This document shows positions 25,733-34,095 of a stretch of DNA of 37,914 nucleotides, in pieces (position 1 is the stretch's first letter; each line of letters starts with the position of its first letter). Origin of the DNA: a virus. Its lineage: Duplodnaviria > Caudoviricetes. The notes beneath the pieces are model-generated. The model had not been told where the DNA came from, did not search any database, and saw only the letters and a list, made by a program, of their open reading frames with translations. The stretch is taken from the IMG/VR virus record IMGVR_UViG_3300046490_000095, positions 1 to 37,914 of that record; one strand, 5' to 3'. Position numbers and translations under genes: made by a program.

Positions 25733-25905
25733 GACGTGCTCCTCACGAACTGGGCGGTGACGAACCGGGCGGGGTACTTCTTGCTCACGTACTCGGCCAT
25801 CGCCTCGTTGCTCGGCAGGTGGCACTCGATGACCAGCGACGGGCTGACCAGCGCGACGATGTCGAGGACCAGGGCCTCGGCGGCGATCATCGTGTTGCTC
25901 TTCAT
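25729..25905 (-). CDS. hypothetical protein (58 aa, below the ORF-track cutoff)
   Basis: RBS ggagg; MKSNTMIAAEALVLDIVALVSPSLVIECHLPSNEAMAEYVSKKYPARFVTAQFVRSTS; ATGA overlap. Confidence 0.6.
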   Translation of the reverse strand: MKSNTMIAAEALVLDIVALVSPSLVIECHLPSNEAMAEYVSKKYPARFVTAQFVRSTS

Positions 25906-25906
25906 C

Positions 25907-26269
25907 TCACGCCTCCGACTTGACGCCGGCGAACAGGACCGCGAGGTGGACGAGCGACTCGTCGGGGCAGTTGGCGACGGCCGCCAGGACGCCCTTGCGG
26001 TAGTCGGCCTCGTCGCGCTCCCAGGCGCGGCTCCCGACGAAGCCGCACTCCCGGTAGGAGACGCCGTAGCGGTCCCGGTTGTCCGCGATCACCGAGGCGA
26101 TCGAGTGGAGCTGGGTGAAGGTGAGGTGCGCGGCCGCGGTGGCCAGGGCGACGCGGTGCTGGGTGGGCGAGACCTCGGTCTCGGCGACGGCCTCCGCGGC
26201 TGCGACGACGTCGGTGTAGGTGAGGGCAGCGATCCAGAGGATGCGTGCGGTGGTTCCCAGGGTGCTCAT
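25907..26269 (-). CDS. hypothetical protein
   Basis: RBS ggagg; high GC3. Confidence 0.7.
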   Translation of the reverse strand: MSTLGTTARILWIAALTYTDVVAAAEAVAETEVSPTQHRVALATAAAHLTFTQLHSIASVIADNRDRYGVSYRECGFVGSRAWERDEADYRKGVLAAVANCPDESLVHLAVLFAGVKSEA

Positions 26270-26272
26270 GGC

Positions 26273-26404
26273 TCAGACCTCCGTGGTGACGGTGCAGGTG
26301 GTGATGATGGTGACGACGAAGGTCTCGGCGCCGGCGACGAACAGACGGTCGGACTTGCTGGCGTGCGCGAGCACGACGGGCTGGGCGAGCGTTGTGAGCG
26401 ACAT
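26273..26404 (-). CDS. 43-aa hypothetical protein, first gene after the promoter/leader
   Basis: RBS ggagga before ATG 26404; MSLTTLAQPVVLAHASKSDRLF... Confidence 0.6.
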   Translation of the reverse strand: MSLTTLAQPVVLAHASKSDRLFVAGAETFVVTIITTCTVTTEV

Positions 26405-26424
26405 GACTTCCTCCACGAATAGGT

Positions 26425-26454
26425 AAAGGCCCGGAAGCGAGTGCTTCCGAGCCT
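26425..26454 (-). terminator. intrinsic terminator in a leader
   Basis: Minus strand aggctcggaagc-actc-gcttccgggcct followed by ttacctatt. Confidence 0.65.
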
Positions 26455-26533
26455 GGGTCTTCGTCGTGCCTTGCGTAGTGCTGGGATCCGGTGCAGAGCA
26501 GGCGACCTGATGCAGTCCTTTCCCGTTGCCTCT

Positions 26534-26563
26534 ATTGTGACACACCCTCCGACTTCGTGTCAA
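26534..26563 (-). promoter_or_regulatory. SigA-like promoter TTGACA-N18-CACAAT
   Basis: Consensus -35 overlapping the upstream TGA; contains the shared 14-mer GACACGAAGTCGGA. Confidence 0.72.
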
Positions 26564-27078
26564 GCACTCCAGTCAGCCCGGAAAGTGCTTCCCCTGTACT
26601 GGATCTCAGCCCACTCCTCGTCCCACTTCTCGGCGAGCATGGCGTCATCCATCTCCCACACGAGATCCCCGTACTGCTCGACGAGGGCCTGTGCGGTCAT
26701 CACGCGCAGGTCGCCCAGGTCGTCGGTCCGGTTGGCCCGCAGGACCTCGTTCGCGCGCTTCGAGAACACCTGCTTGTCGTAGGCGGCCTTGAAGTGCTCG
26801 GCGAACGAGGCGTGGTCGATCGTCGTGATCATCTCGTGGAGTTGCATGGTCGGGTGGTTGAGCGCCGCCCGGGCCTTCTCCAGCTCGTCGAGCGCGAACA
26901 GGTGGAGCACGGTGTTCACTTCCCCGCGCTCGCCCCACCCGCACTCCATGTACCAGTCCTCGTACTCCTCGGCGAGGTACTCGAGGACCTGGCAGTAGAA
27001 GTCGTGCACCCGGGACGCGATGTGCCGCGCCCAGGTGTTCGCTCCCGTCAGCGACTTGTACTCGCTCAGGATGCCCAT
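26560..27078 (-). CDS. hypothetical protein (172 aa)
   Basis: RBS ggagg before ATG 27078 (MGILSEYK). Confidence 0.7.
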   Translation of the reverse strand: MGILSEYKSLTGANTWARHIASRVHDFYCQVLEYLAEEYEDWYMECGWGERGEVNTVLHLFALDELEKARAALNHPTMQLHEMITTIDHASFAEHFKAAYDKQVFSKRANEVLRANRTDDLGDLRVMTAQALVEQYGDLVWEMDDAMLAEKWDEEWAEIQYRGSTFRADWSA

Positions 27079-27080
27079 GA

Positions 27081-27407
27081 TCAGCCTCCGTAGTGCCGTC
27101 CCCACACAGCGCGCAAGGCGCTGCGCAGGGGCGGCGGGATCGGGTCGTCCGGCCCGACGGTGACCACCGTGGTCACGTTCGGGAAGACGATCGGGATGGT
27201 CTCGCGAGCCCGCTCGTTGAGGAGCCGGTCGCGAAGGGTCGTCATGTCGTGGTCCACCATGACCCGGCTGACGCGCTCGCCGTGCGGGGAGAGGATCTGC
27301 CCGCTGAAGACGGGACCACGGTCGCGGTAGACGATCCACAGGGTGCGGTGGGGTTCCACGTCCACGGCGTCAGCGAGAGCAACCTCCCGCAGAGTCCCGA
27401 CAGCCAT
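27081..27407 (-). CDS. hypothetical protein
   Basis: RBS aaggag about 10 nt before ATG 27407. Confidence 0.6.
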   Translation of the reverse strand: MAVGTLREVALADAVDVEPHRTLWIVYRDRGPVFSGQILSPHGERVSRVMVDHDMTTLRDRLLNERARETIPIVFPNVTTVVTVGPDDPIPPPLRSALRAVWGRHYGG

Positions 27408-27408
27408 C

Positions 27409-27600
27409 TCATGCACTCTCCTTCTTCGGTTCACGGATGTAGCCGGCGTCGATCAACGCAGCGGCGTGGCGACCGAAGTAGCCCTGGAGCTTCCAGGCGT
27501 CGCCGGTGTTGACCAGGTGCTGGAACAGGTGGCACTCCTCCTCGAAGGTGAGCTCGCCGTTCTCCCAGCGCCCGACGTCGCGCATCAGGTCACCGGTCAT
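27409..27600 (-). CDS. conserved small phage protein (DUF7417-like)
   Basis: E.GEL..EE...LFQHLVNTG.AW.LQG.FGR.AAALIDAG pattern. Confidence 0.75.
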   Translation of the reverse strand: MTGDLMRDVGRWENGELTFEEECHLFQHLVNTGDAWKLQGYFGRHAAALIDAGYIREPKKESA

Positions 27601-27865
27601 GAGGCACCGCCTCGTACTCGGCGCTGCGCTGGCCCTCGGCGCCCTCGGGTGACTGCCGCACCTTGCGGTAGACGGTGGTCTCGATGCTGGGGCTGGTGCT
27701 CAGCTCCTCGAGCGCCTCGGCCGGCGCCTCCTCCGGGTCGATGACCGCGCGGAACCCGGTCATCGCGCCCTGGCAGGCCCAGAGGATCTCCGGAGGAGGG
27801 AAGCCCTCCCACTGGTACTTCCCGAAGCCCTCCATCTGGAGGAGCACGGCCTCGTGGTCGCTCAC
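27590..27865 (-). CDS. hypothetical protein (91 aa)
   Basis: GTGA overlap; MSDHEAVLLQMEGFGKYQW... Confidence 0.6.
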   Translation of the reverse strand: MSDHEAVLLQMEGFGKYQWEGFPPPEILWACQGAMTGFRAVIDPEEAPAEALEELSTSPSIETTVYRKVRQSPEGAEGQRSAEYEAVPHDR

Positions 27866-28608
27866 TTCGACACCTTCTCCCAGGCGGTGACCATCCAGAC
27901 CTCGACGGCCTTCGACAGGTGGTCGCGCACCAGCTTCTCGAAGCCCATGGCGTTGGACCACTTCCCGGTGAGGTACCAGGTGTTCGCGCGGATCTTCACC
28001 GCGACGTAGTCGTACTGGAGCGAGCCGCTCCAGGCCTGCTTGAAGAACAGCACGGTCTCGTTGGGGTAGTCGCTGTCCTTGCCCCAGGACTCGATGGTGT
28101 CGCGCTCGACGTAGAGCTCCATCAGGCGGCGCTCGGACGAACTGATCAGGTCACGGATCTCGCTCACGGACTTCTCCTTCTCGGGGGCGGGGATAGGGCA
28201 CTGCTGGAACGGGTGACCGAAGAGGCCGTTGATCATCTGCGCGTCGTCGTCCTGGTTGATGAGGACGGTGCAGCGCTTGCACCGGCCGGTGAACCGGGCC
28301 GGGAACACGGGGCCGGGGCGCCCCGCGTAGTAGTCGATCTCCTCCTGGCTGAAGTAGCAGGAGGAGCAGTTGATCCCGCCGCACTTCGGGCACTCCTGGC
28401 GCGGCCGCAGGTTGTAGGACACGCAGTCCTCGCAGTAGCGCCAGAGGCGACCGTCGTGGACGTGGACGTGGTCCCGGCCGCAGACGCACGGCGCGCTGTC
28501 ACACGCGACGCAGTAGACCTCGCCGACTCGGAGAACCCGTGCGTTGCAGATGCACGGACCGTTTCCGCAGGCGAAGCAGAACCGCGCGGTCATGTCGATG
28601 CGCGCCAT
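27862..28608 (-). CDS. multi-Zn-finger protein with an in-frame C-terminal domain that has its own RBS and start (28167)
   Basis: Repeated CxxC...C.C motifs and FPARFTGRCKRC; internal aaggag-N6-GTG. Confidence 0.65.
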   Translation of the reverse strand: MARIDMTARFCFACGNGPCICNARVLRVGEVYCVACDSAPCVCGRDHVHVHDGRLWRYCEDCVSYNLRPRQECPKCGGINCSSCYFSQEEIDYYAGRPGPVFPARFTGRCKRCTVLINQDDDAQMINGLFGHPFQQCPIPAPEKEKSVSEIRDLISSSERRLMELYVERDTIESWGKDSDYPNETVLFFKQAWSGSLQYDYVAVKIRANTWYLTGKWSNAMGFEKLVRDHLSKAVEVWMVTAWEKVSK

Positions 28609-28609
28609 C

Positions 28610-28783
28610 TCAGCGGTCCGGGAACTGGGCGCGGCACTGCTGGGGGTCCTTCGCCTTGTCACAGATGTCGCCCTGCGAGACGACGCTCGCGATCGCCACG
28701 ACGAGCATGACGACGACGGCGACGACCATGCCGAGACGGATGCTCTCGGTGGCCCGATCGGTGGTGCGGTAGCTGGTCTTCAC
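28610..28783 (-). CDS. small single-TM protein (57 aa)
   Basis: RBS gagggag; LGMVVAVVVMLVVAIASVV. Confidence 0.6.
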   Translation of the reverse strand: MKTSYRTTDRATESIRLGMVVAVVVMLVVAIASVVSQGDICDKAKDPQQCRAQFPDR

Positions 28784-29643
28784 GATGCTCTCTCCCTCTT
28801 CTGAGTGACAAGGCCGAAGTCTCGACCCTGCTTGAGCCCGAGCGCAGTCGCGATCCCGTTCCGAGATGCGACGGCAGTGGTGCTGTCGGCCTGCTCGCGC
28901 AGCGACAGGTGGGCGACGGCACGCCGGCCGATGGTGTCCAGCCGGCGCGCTGCCTCGAGGCGGTCCTCCCGGGTGGCCCGGGCCTCGCGCCAGATGGTCT
29001 TGGGGAAGGCGGCCATGAGCCGTTCCACCATGACCTCGTCGAAGGTGTCGTTCTCGACGGTGACGTTCCCCCAGGCCGCGGGGTCGTCGATCGAGTCGTC
29101 GTCCCAGGCCAGTGGAGGAAGGTAGCCCTTCCGCGCCGCCCGCCGCCTGGTGGCGGCCGATGGACCGGGGATGTTCCAGAGGGCGTCGTAGAGCGCGACC
29201 ACGCGCAGGTGGTTGCGCCTGGTGACCCACTGGCCCTTCTGGTGGACGAAGTTCGCCGTCCAGTTCCCGCCCTGGTCCATCCGCTTGCTCATCAACTGGT
29301 GAGTCCAGCCGATCGCGAGCAGCGCCTGGATACGACGGACGGCGCCGGTCCGCGGGACGAAGGTCTCGTCCTCGGGGTCAGCGCCGTCGTAGATCGGGCC
29401 ACGGACGGCAAGGAGCGCCGTGGCGACCCGCTGAGTGACCTTCGGCTGCCCCTGTCGCACGATCTTCGTGATCGTGGACCGGCTCAGGCCCGCTGCCGAC
29501 GCGATGGACCCGTAGGACATCCCGCCGGCGTTCAGCCGCTCGATGTGCGCGAGCGTCTGGTGTGCGTCCATGGTCCGCGGCGGGAGGCCGCGCTCCTTGT
29601 CGTGGTGCCACTTCTTCGAGTAGACCGGGTCGTTCTTCGCCAT
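28780..29643 (-). CDS. double helix-turn-helix DNA-binding protein (287 aa)
   Basis: GGMSYGSIASAAGLSRSTITKI HTH; G..RRIQAL.AIGW...R..A.RKGYLPPLAWDDD.IDDP, a common actinophage family; RBS gaggagagagg. Confidence 0.82.
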   Translation of the reverse strand: MAKNDPVYSKKWHHDKERGLPPRTMDAHQTLAHIERLNAGGMSYGSIASAAGLSRSTITKIVRQGQPKVTQRVATALLAVRGPIYDGADPEDETFVPRTGAVRRIQALLAIGWTHQLMSKRMDQGGNWTANFVHQKGQWVTRRNHLRVVALYDALWNIPGPSAATRRRAARKGYLPPLAWDDDSIDDPAAWGNVTVENDTFDEVMVERLMAAFPKTIWREARATREDRLEAARRLDTIGRRAVAHLSLREQADSTTAVASRNGIATALGLKQGRDFGLVTQKRERAS

Positions 29644-29662
29644 CCTCTCTCCTCTCTCATGA

Positions 29663-29701
29663 CTGAAGCCCGCACCGAGAGTCACTCGGAACGGGCTTCA
29701 G
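29663..29701 (-). terminator. stem-loop upstream of the HTH gene
   Basis: ctgaagcccg/cgggcttcag 10-bp stem plus inner ccgag/ctcgg. Confidence 0.55.
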
Positions 29702-29738
29702 CGTCTGTTTCCGGGCACAGTATGCCCGACCTTCGGAT

Positions 29739-29999
29739 CTAATGATACAGGAGGTCCGGGATGAGGTGCAAGCGATGTGCGCAGTCGGCGCACACGATGT
29801 CGCCGTGGCGCACGAGGACCAGGGCGCCGGGGAACAGAAGCTCACCGCCGACCCCACACTCCGCGAAGTCCTCGATCTCGAACATGTGTTCAGGGTAGGA
29901 CACGAAGGTCTCAGAAGGTAGGGGGTAGTCCTCTGCGATCAAGATCGTAGATCGTAGGGCCTGTAGCAGTACGGGGTCCTGGGAGTCCGCGCCGTCCAT
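29739..29999 (-). CDS. hypothetical protein with a possible Zn site
   Basis: Only ORF filling the gap downstream of a leftward promoter; C..GG...VCADCAH; weaker codon bias and no clear RBS. Confidence 0.45.
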   Translation of the reverse strand: MDGADSQDPVLLQALRSTILIAEDYPLPSETFVSYPEHMFEIEDFAECGVGGELLFPGALVLVRHGDIVCADCAHRLHLIPDLLYH

Positions 30000-30042
30000 C
30001 TTCAAGGCCCGGCAGCGGTAGGGCGAAGAGCGGTAGGTCCTG

Positions 30043-30070
30043 AGTGTAGAACCGGATCGCCGGAGGTCAA
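30043..30070 (-). promoter_or_regulatory. leftward promoter TTGACC-N16-TACACT
   Basis: Near-consensus hexamers at the divergence point. Confidence 0.5.
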
Positions 30071-30111
30071 TAGTCAGAAGTGACTAGTTCGGCGCTAGTC
30101 AGTTCTGACTA
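30071..30111. promoter_or_regulatory. pair of 16-bp palindromes (operator- or origin-like)
   Basis: TAGTCAGAAGTGACTA (30071-30086) and TAGTCAGTTCTGACTA (30096-30111). Confidence 0.7.
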
Positions 30112-30199
30112 CCGACAGGATGAGGGACGGCGAGTACGGTGGGCCTCCCAGATCCACCCCCTTGACGCGAACCACACCGGATGGTGTAGGAAGGTCACC

Positions 30200-31435
30200 A
30201 TGCCACGCCACTCCTCGGAGGCCTACCTCCTCAGCGCTCTGATCACCACCGGTGACGCCATGGGCGCCGAGCGGAGAGGGATCGTCGCGGAGATGTTCGC
30301 GGGCTACCAGGCCGAGTACCGCTGGATCCAGTCCTACTTCCGGACCTACGCCGAGTGCCCCTCCCTCGCGACGATGATGGAGAAGTTCCCCGGCTTCCAC
30401 TACACCGAGACCCGCGACATCCGGTTCTCCGCCGACGAGGTCAGGGAGGACTTCAACCGGCGCCAGCTCGCCAAGTCCATCCGCGGCGCCGCCGAGCACC
30501 TGCGCCACGGCGACATGGACTCGGCCTTGCTCGAGTGGGGCGGCTTCGCGCCCAACCGCGCCGGGGTGGACCTCTCCGACGACCTCGCCAGTGACGCCTT
30601 CCTGGAGTTCTACGACGCGGTCCATCAGGTCCTGCCCACCCCGTGGGACACCCTGACCAGCCTCACCGGCGGCGGGATGCGCATCGGGGACTACTGGGTC
30701 ATGGCGATGCGCCTGGGTCAGGGCAAGTCGTGGTCGGCCATCTCGATGGCCAAGACCGCGATCCTCGCCGGACACGACACGATGGTCTACTCCATGGAGA
30801 TGCCGCGCGAGCAGATCCACGAGCGGATGCACGCGGCGCTCGCCGCTGAGGTCGACATCGACGTCTCGTTCTCCGAGCTCCACTCCCGCGCCTACCCGAA
30901 GCACAAGTACCGCGAACTTCTGGGCCGGATCAAGGAGCACGTCCCCGGCTCGTTCTACGTGGTGGACTCCTCCGCGGGGATCATCAGCCCGGCCACCATC
31001 TCCGCGCACGCCGACGCGGCCGAACTCCACATCGTCGACTACATCGGCCTCATGCGCAGCGTCGACGGCACTCGCGCGATCGAGGACTGGCGCGTCGCCT
31101 CCGCGGTGAGCAACCAACTCAAGGAGGTCGCGCTCGGGAAGAAGACCCGGGTGTTCGCACTGAGCCAGATCAACCGCGAAGGGGACCAGGGAGGCTGGAA
31201 GCCCCCGGCGTCCAAGCACCTGTCCCAGGCCGACGCGATCGGGCAGGACGCCGACGGCGTCATCACCGGCAAGCGCTACTCCGACACCGTGATGACCTAC
31301 CTGCTCGACAAGAACCGCTCGGGCCCGGGATCGCGGTACTTCTGGACCCGCTTCGACGTCGAGACATGCTCGTTCGGGGAGATCTCGCGCAACACCGCCG
31401 ACGACATCAAGGACCGCGAAGCGGCGGAGGACTGA
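30200..31435 (+). CDS. dnaB: DnaB-like replicative helicase
   Basis: Walker A AMRLGQGKS, YSMEM, IVDYIGLM, LSQINR, DAIGQDAD, KNR.G; start ATG 30200 with RBS aggaagg. Confidence 0.92.
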   Translation: MPRHSSEAYLLSALITTGDAMGAERRGIVAEMFAGYQAEYRWIQSYFRTYAECPSLATMMEKFPGFHYTETRDIRFSADEVREDFNRRQLAKSIRGAAEHLRHGDMDSALLEWGGFAPNRAGVDLSDDLASDAFLEFYDAVHQVLPTPWDTLTSLTGGGMRIGDYWVMAMRLGQGKSWSAISMAKTAILAGHDTMVYSMEMPREQIHERMHAALAAEVDIDVSFSELHSRAYPKHKYRELLGRIKEHVPGSFYVVDSSAGIISPATISAHADAAELHIVDYIGLMRSVDGTRAIEDWRVASAVSNQLKEVALGKKTRVFALSQINREGDQGGWKPPASKHLSQADAIGQDADGVITGKRYSDTVMTYLLDKNRSGPGSRYFWTRFDVETCSFGEISRNTADDIKDREAAED

Positions 31436-31911
31436 TGCTCGCCAGCCTGCTCAACCTCATGGGCGTCCTGGTCGGCCTCGTCATGGTGGCCCGGCAGGCA
31501 GGGCTGCTGCGTCGGCGCCGGGACAGGCGTGCCATCGACTACGCGATCGGCGTGGTGCTCACCCGTCGCGAACGTGTCCAGATGCTCGAGCACGAGTGCG
31601 AGATCAGGGATACCGCCGGGGACCTGGTCCATCACGAGGACTGCAAGCTCTGCCCCAAGGTCGTGCCGGCCACCGTCGCGCGGACGCGCAACTCCTTGGG
31701 CTTCGGATCTCGGGACCGCAAGCTGCCGCCGTGGGAGACCGGCCAGCCCTGGCGCGAGGAGGACCTCTCCGGCGAGTTGGGCTCGGCGTACGACGAGCGT
31801 CTCGCCACGGTTCGTGAGTTCGGGCTGACCGTTGCTGAGGCGGAGAAGCGCATCCGGGCAGCCATGGCCGTTCCGACCATTCTCATCCCCCCGGACAGGT
31901 TCCAGCGGTGA
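31435..31911 (+). CDS. hypothetical protein with an N-terminal TM segment
   Basis: TGATG overlap; MLASLLNLMGVLVGLVMVA; HEC...HHEDCKLC. Confidence 0.6.
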   Translation: MLASLLNLMGVLVGLVMVARQAGLLRRRRDRRAIDYAIGVVLTRRERVQMLEHECEIRDTAGDLVHHEDCKLCPKVVPATVARTRNSLGFGSRDRKLPPWETGQPWREEDLSGELGSAYDERLATVREFGLTVAEAEKRIRAAMAVPTILIPPDRFQR

Positions 31912-32756
31912 TCACGCTCGAGGACGCCCTCGCCTCCGGCTACGGCACCTGGCGTTCGTTCGACTGCCCCTCCCACGAGGCCTCCCACCCCACTGCGCGC
32001 GTCAACGTCCTGACCGGCAAGTGGGTCTGCATGTCGTGCGGGGCCAAGGGCTCGGCGGAGAACTACGAGCCCGACCCCGACCGGCTGCTCGACGCCGCGC
32101 TCAAGGCCGTCGACGAGATGGAGAAGCGCCGCGACTACCCCGAGTCCTGGCTCGACCAGTTCGATGCCGCCACCCCGGGGACGTACTGGCTCTCCCGGTT
32201 CTCCGAGGCCACCTGCCGGGCCTACCGGCTCGGCTGGGACTCCCTGGAGAAGCAGGCGGTCTACCCGTTCCGCGACGACGACGGGATCGTCCTGGGCGTC
32301 GTGCGCCGGGCGAGGCCGGGCGAGCACCCGAAGTACCGCTACCCGCCGGGGGTGGACGCGCACAAGCACCTGTTCGGCTACCACCTGGCTCGCTTCGCCG
32401 AGGTCGTGGTGCTCACCGAGGGCGCGCCCGACGCCGCGGCCGTCACCGACGTCGCCGACCTGCTCGGCCAGCACACGGGCATGACCTTCGCCCCGCTGGG
32501 CTGCTACGGCAAGGTCCTGCACCCCGCGCAGATCACGCTCATCCACCGGCTGAACCCGCGCTACATCATCCTGGGATTCAACGGCGACGAGGCCGGGGAG
32601 AAGGGCCAGTGGGTCGCCGACCAGCGCCTCGGGCGCCAAGGACTGATCGCGCACCAGGCCGAGCTGCCGCCGACGAAGGACCTCGCGGACCTCTCCCCGT
32701 TGCGCCGGATGCTCACTCTGCTACAAGCCCTTGCAGTCTCCCCTCTTAGCGTCTAG
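31908..32756 (+). CDS. dnaG: DNA primase (Zn finger + TOPRIM)
   Basis: CPSH...W.CMSCG Zn finger; PKYRYP; VVLTEGAPDA; GFNGDEAG; KDLADL. Confidence 0.88.
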   Translation: MITLEDALASGYGTWRSFDCPSHEASHPTARVNVLTGKWVCMSCGAKGSAENYEPDPDRLLDAALKAVDEMEKRRDYPESWLDQFDAATPGTYWLSRFSEATCRAYRLGWDSLEKQAVYPFRDDDGIVLGVVRRARPGEHPKYRYPPGVDAHKHLFGYHLARFAEVVVLTEGAPDAAAVTDVADLLGQHTGMTFAPLGCYGKVLHPAQITLIHRLNPRYIILGFNGDEAGEKGQWVADQRLGRQGLIAHQAELPPTKDLADLSPLRRMLTLLQALAVSPLSV

Positions 32757-32765
32757 GTTCGCTTC
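32731..32765 (+). promoter_or_regulatory. promoter for a leaderless mRNA, TTGCAG-N17-TAGGTT-N6-ATG
   Basis: TANNNT hexamer 6 nt before ATG 32766; no SD sequence. Confidence 0.55.
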
Positions 32766-33161
32766 ATGGATGATCGAGAGCTCGCAGAAGCCGTCGAGGA
32801 GTACCAGGCGGCCAAGGCCGCCGAGGACCAGGCGAAGGTCCGCCGTGAAGACGCCCAGGACAGGGTCGCTACCCTGCTCGAGGCCGCCGGCCGCAAGACC
32901 AGCACGGTGGACTTCGGGGAGGAGAAGTTCCGGATCACCCGCACCGCCTCGGACTACGTGAAGTCGGTCAACGAGAAGGGGCTGAAGAAGGCCCTGGGCG
33001 CGAAGGTGTGGCGCCTGGTCACCGACGTGAAGCTCTCCCAGCCCAAGCTCAAGGCCCAGATCAAGGCCGGCGTCGTCGACGCGCAGCTCGCGGCGATGTT
33101 CATCGAGACAGCGACCAAGAAGCCGTCGATCACCGTCACGGCCGTGAAGGAGGAGAACTGA
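32766..33161 (+). CDS. hypothetical protein (N-terminal coiled coil, basic)
   Basis: Strong codon bias; in the replication cluster. Confidence 0.8.
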   Translation: MDDRELAEAVEEYQAAKAAEDQAKVRREDAQDRVATLLEAAGRKTSTVDFGEEKFRITRTASDYVKSVNEKGLKKALGAKVWRLVTDVKLSQPKLKAQIKAGVVDAQLAAMFIETATKKPSITVTAVKEEN

Positions 33162-33619
33162 TGGACCCGGCCACTCGTCTGGTGCGGTCCCTGCCCGGGA
33201 ACTACCACAAGCTCGTCGACGCCGCCGAGATCCTCGGGGTCAGCGACAACACCCTGCGCTTCCTGATCCAGGAGGCGGTCAAGGCCGGTGACCCCAAGGG
33301 CGCGCCGAGCAAGTACGTGATGATGAAGAAGACCAAGATCTACCTCTACTCCGACGAGGACATCGAGCGCATCCGTGCGCTCCTGGCCAGCCGGCACGAG
33401 GTGAAGCCGTTCGACATGACGGCCACGGGCCGACCGCCGGTCTACACCGCGGAGGAGCGCGCCGAGCGCACGAAGCTCAACGCGCGCGCCTGGTACTACC
33501 GCAACCGCATCGAGGAGCTCGAGGCGAAGGACGCGCCCAAGAAGGAAATCGCCGCGGCCAAGAAGAAGCTGCGCGAGATCGAGGACGAGCGCAAGAGGAC
33601 GGAGAAGGTGAAGTCATGA
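33161..33619 (+). CDS. HTH (MerR/excisionase-like) DNA-binding protein
   Basis: DAAEILGVSDNTLR...YLYSDEDIERIR; RBS aaggagg. Confidence 0.8.
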   Translation: MDPATRLVRSLPGNYHKLVDAAEILGVSDNTLRFLIQEAVKAGDPKGAPSKYVMMKKTKIYLYSDEDIERIRALLASRHEVKPFDMTATGRPPVYTAEERAERTKLNARAWYYRNRIEELEAKDAPKKEIAAAKKKLREIEDERKRTEKVKS

Positions 33620-33828
33620 GCGACCAGATCAGTCTTGGCGTCAGCCACGAGATCACGGTGAACGTCGGGCGCCGCACGGACAAGGCCTGGCCTAAGGCCG
33701 AGGTGAGCCGCACGATCCGCGAGGGCGAGACCTTCGAGGAGGCGCTGTCAGAGACCCAGGCCATGCTGGACCGTGCGATCGAGGTGTCGATCAAGGACGC
33801 GGTCGAGCGGATCGAGGGGCACAGCTGA
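33616..33828 (+). CDS. hypothetical protein
   Basis: ATGA overlap; high GC3. Confidence 0.7.
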   Translation: MSDQISLGVSHEITVNVGRRTDKAWPKAEVSRTIREGETFEEALSETQAMLDRAIEVSIKDAVERIEGHS

Positions 33829-34025
33829 TGGGCATGTGGCAGAAGATCGCCATGCTTCCGGTCAACAAGAAGGGGCCGACCGTGCGCGAGCGTACCGGGG
33901 AGTTCTACCAGCGGGTCTTCCCGCAGCAGAGCCAGGTCGTCACCAAGCAGCCGGAGGGCCGCGGCGACCGGGCCGAGCGGCGGCAGGCCATGCGGGATGC
34001 AAGGGCAGGTCGCTCCACCCCTTGA
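33828..34025 (+). CDS. hypothetical protein
   Basis: TGATG overlap. Confidence 0.55.
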   Translation: MGMWQKIAMLPVNKKGPTVRERTGEFYQRVFPQQSQVVTKQPEGRGDRAERRQAMRDARAGRSTP

Positions 34026-34051
34026 CACCATCGGATCAAGGGACTAGAACT
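34022..34051 (+). promoter_or_regulatory. promoter TTGACA-N17-TAGAAC upstream of ssb
   Basis: Consensus -35 overlapping the upstream TGA; GACACcaTCGGA resembles the shared motif. Confidence 0.5.
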
Positions 34052-34095
34052 ATCCACACGCACCGCCCACCAGGGGCACGGCACAAGGAGACAGC

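Noticed and set aside
26455-26530. Leader as a known riboswitch (c-di-GMP, ZTP) or hammerhead ribozyme
   Set aside because: Conserved cores were not found by eye; kept only as an unclassified structured leader.
30080-30199. N-terminal extension of the helicase in the ORF track
   Set aside because: It runs through the palindromes and promoter region with poor codon bias; ATG 30200 has an RBS.
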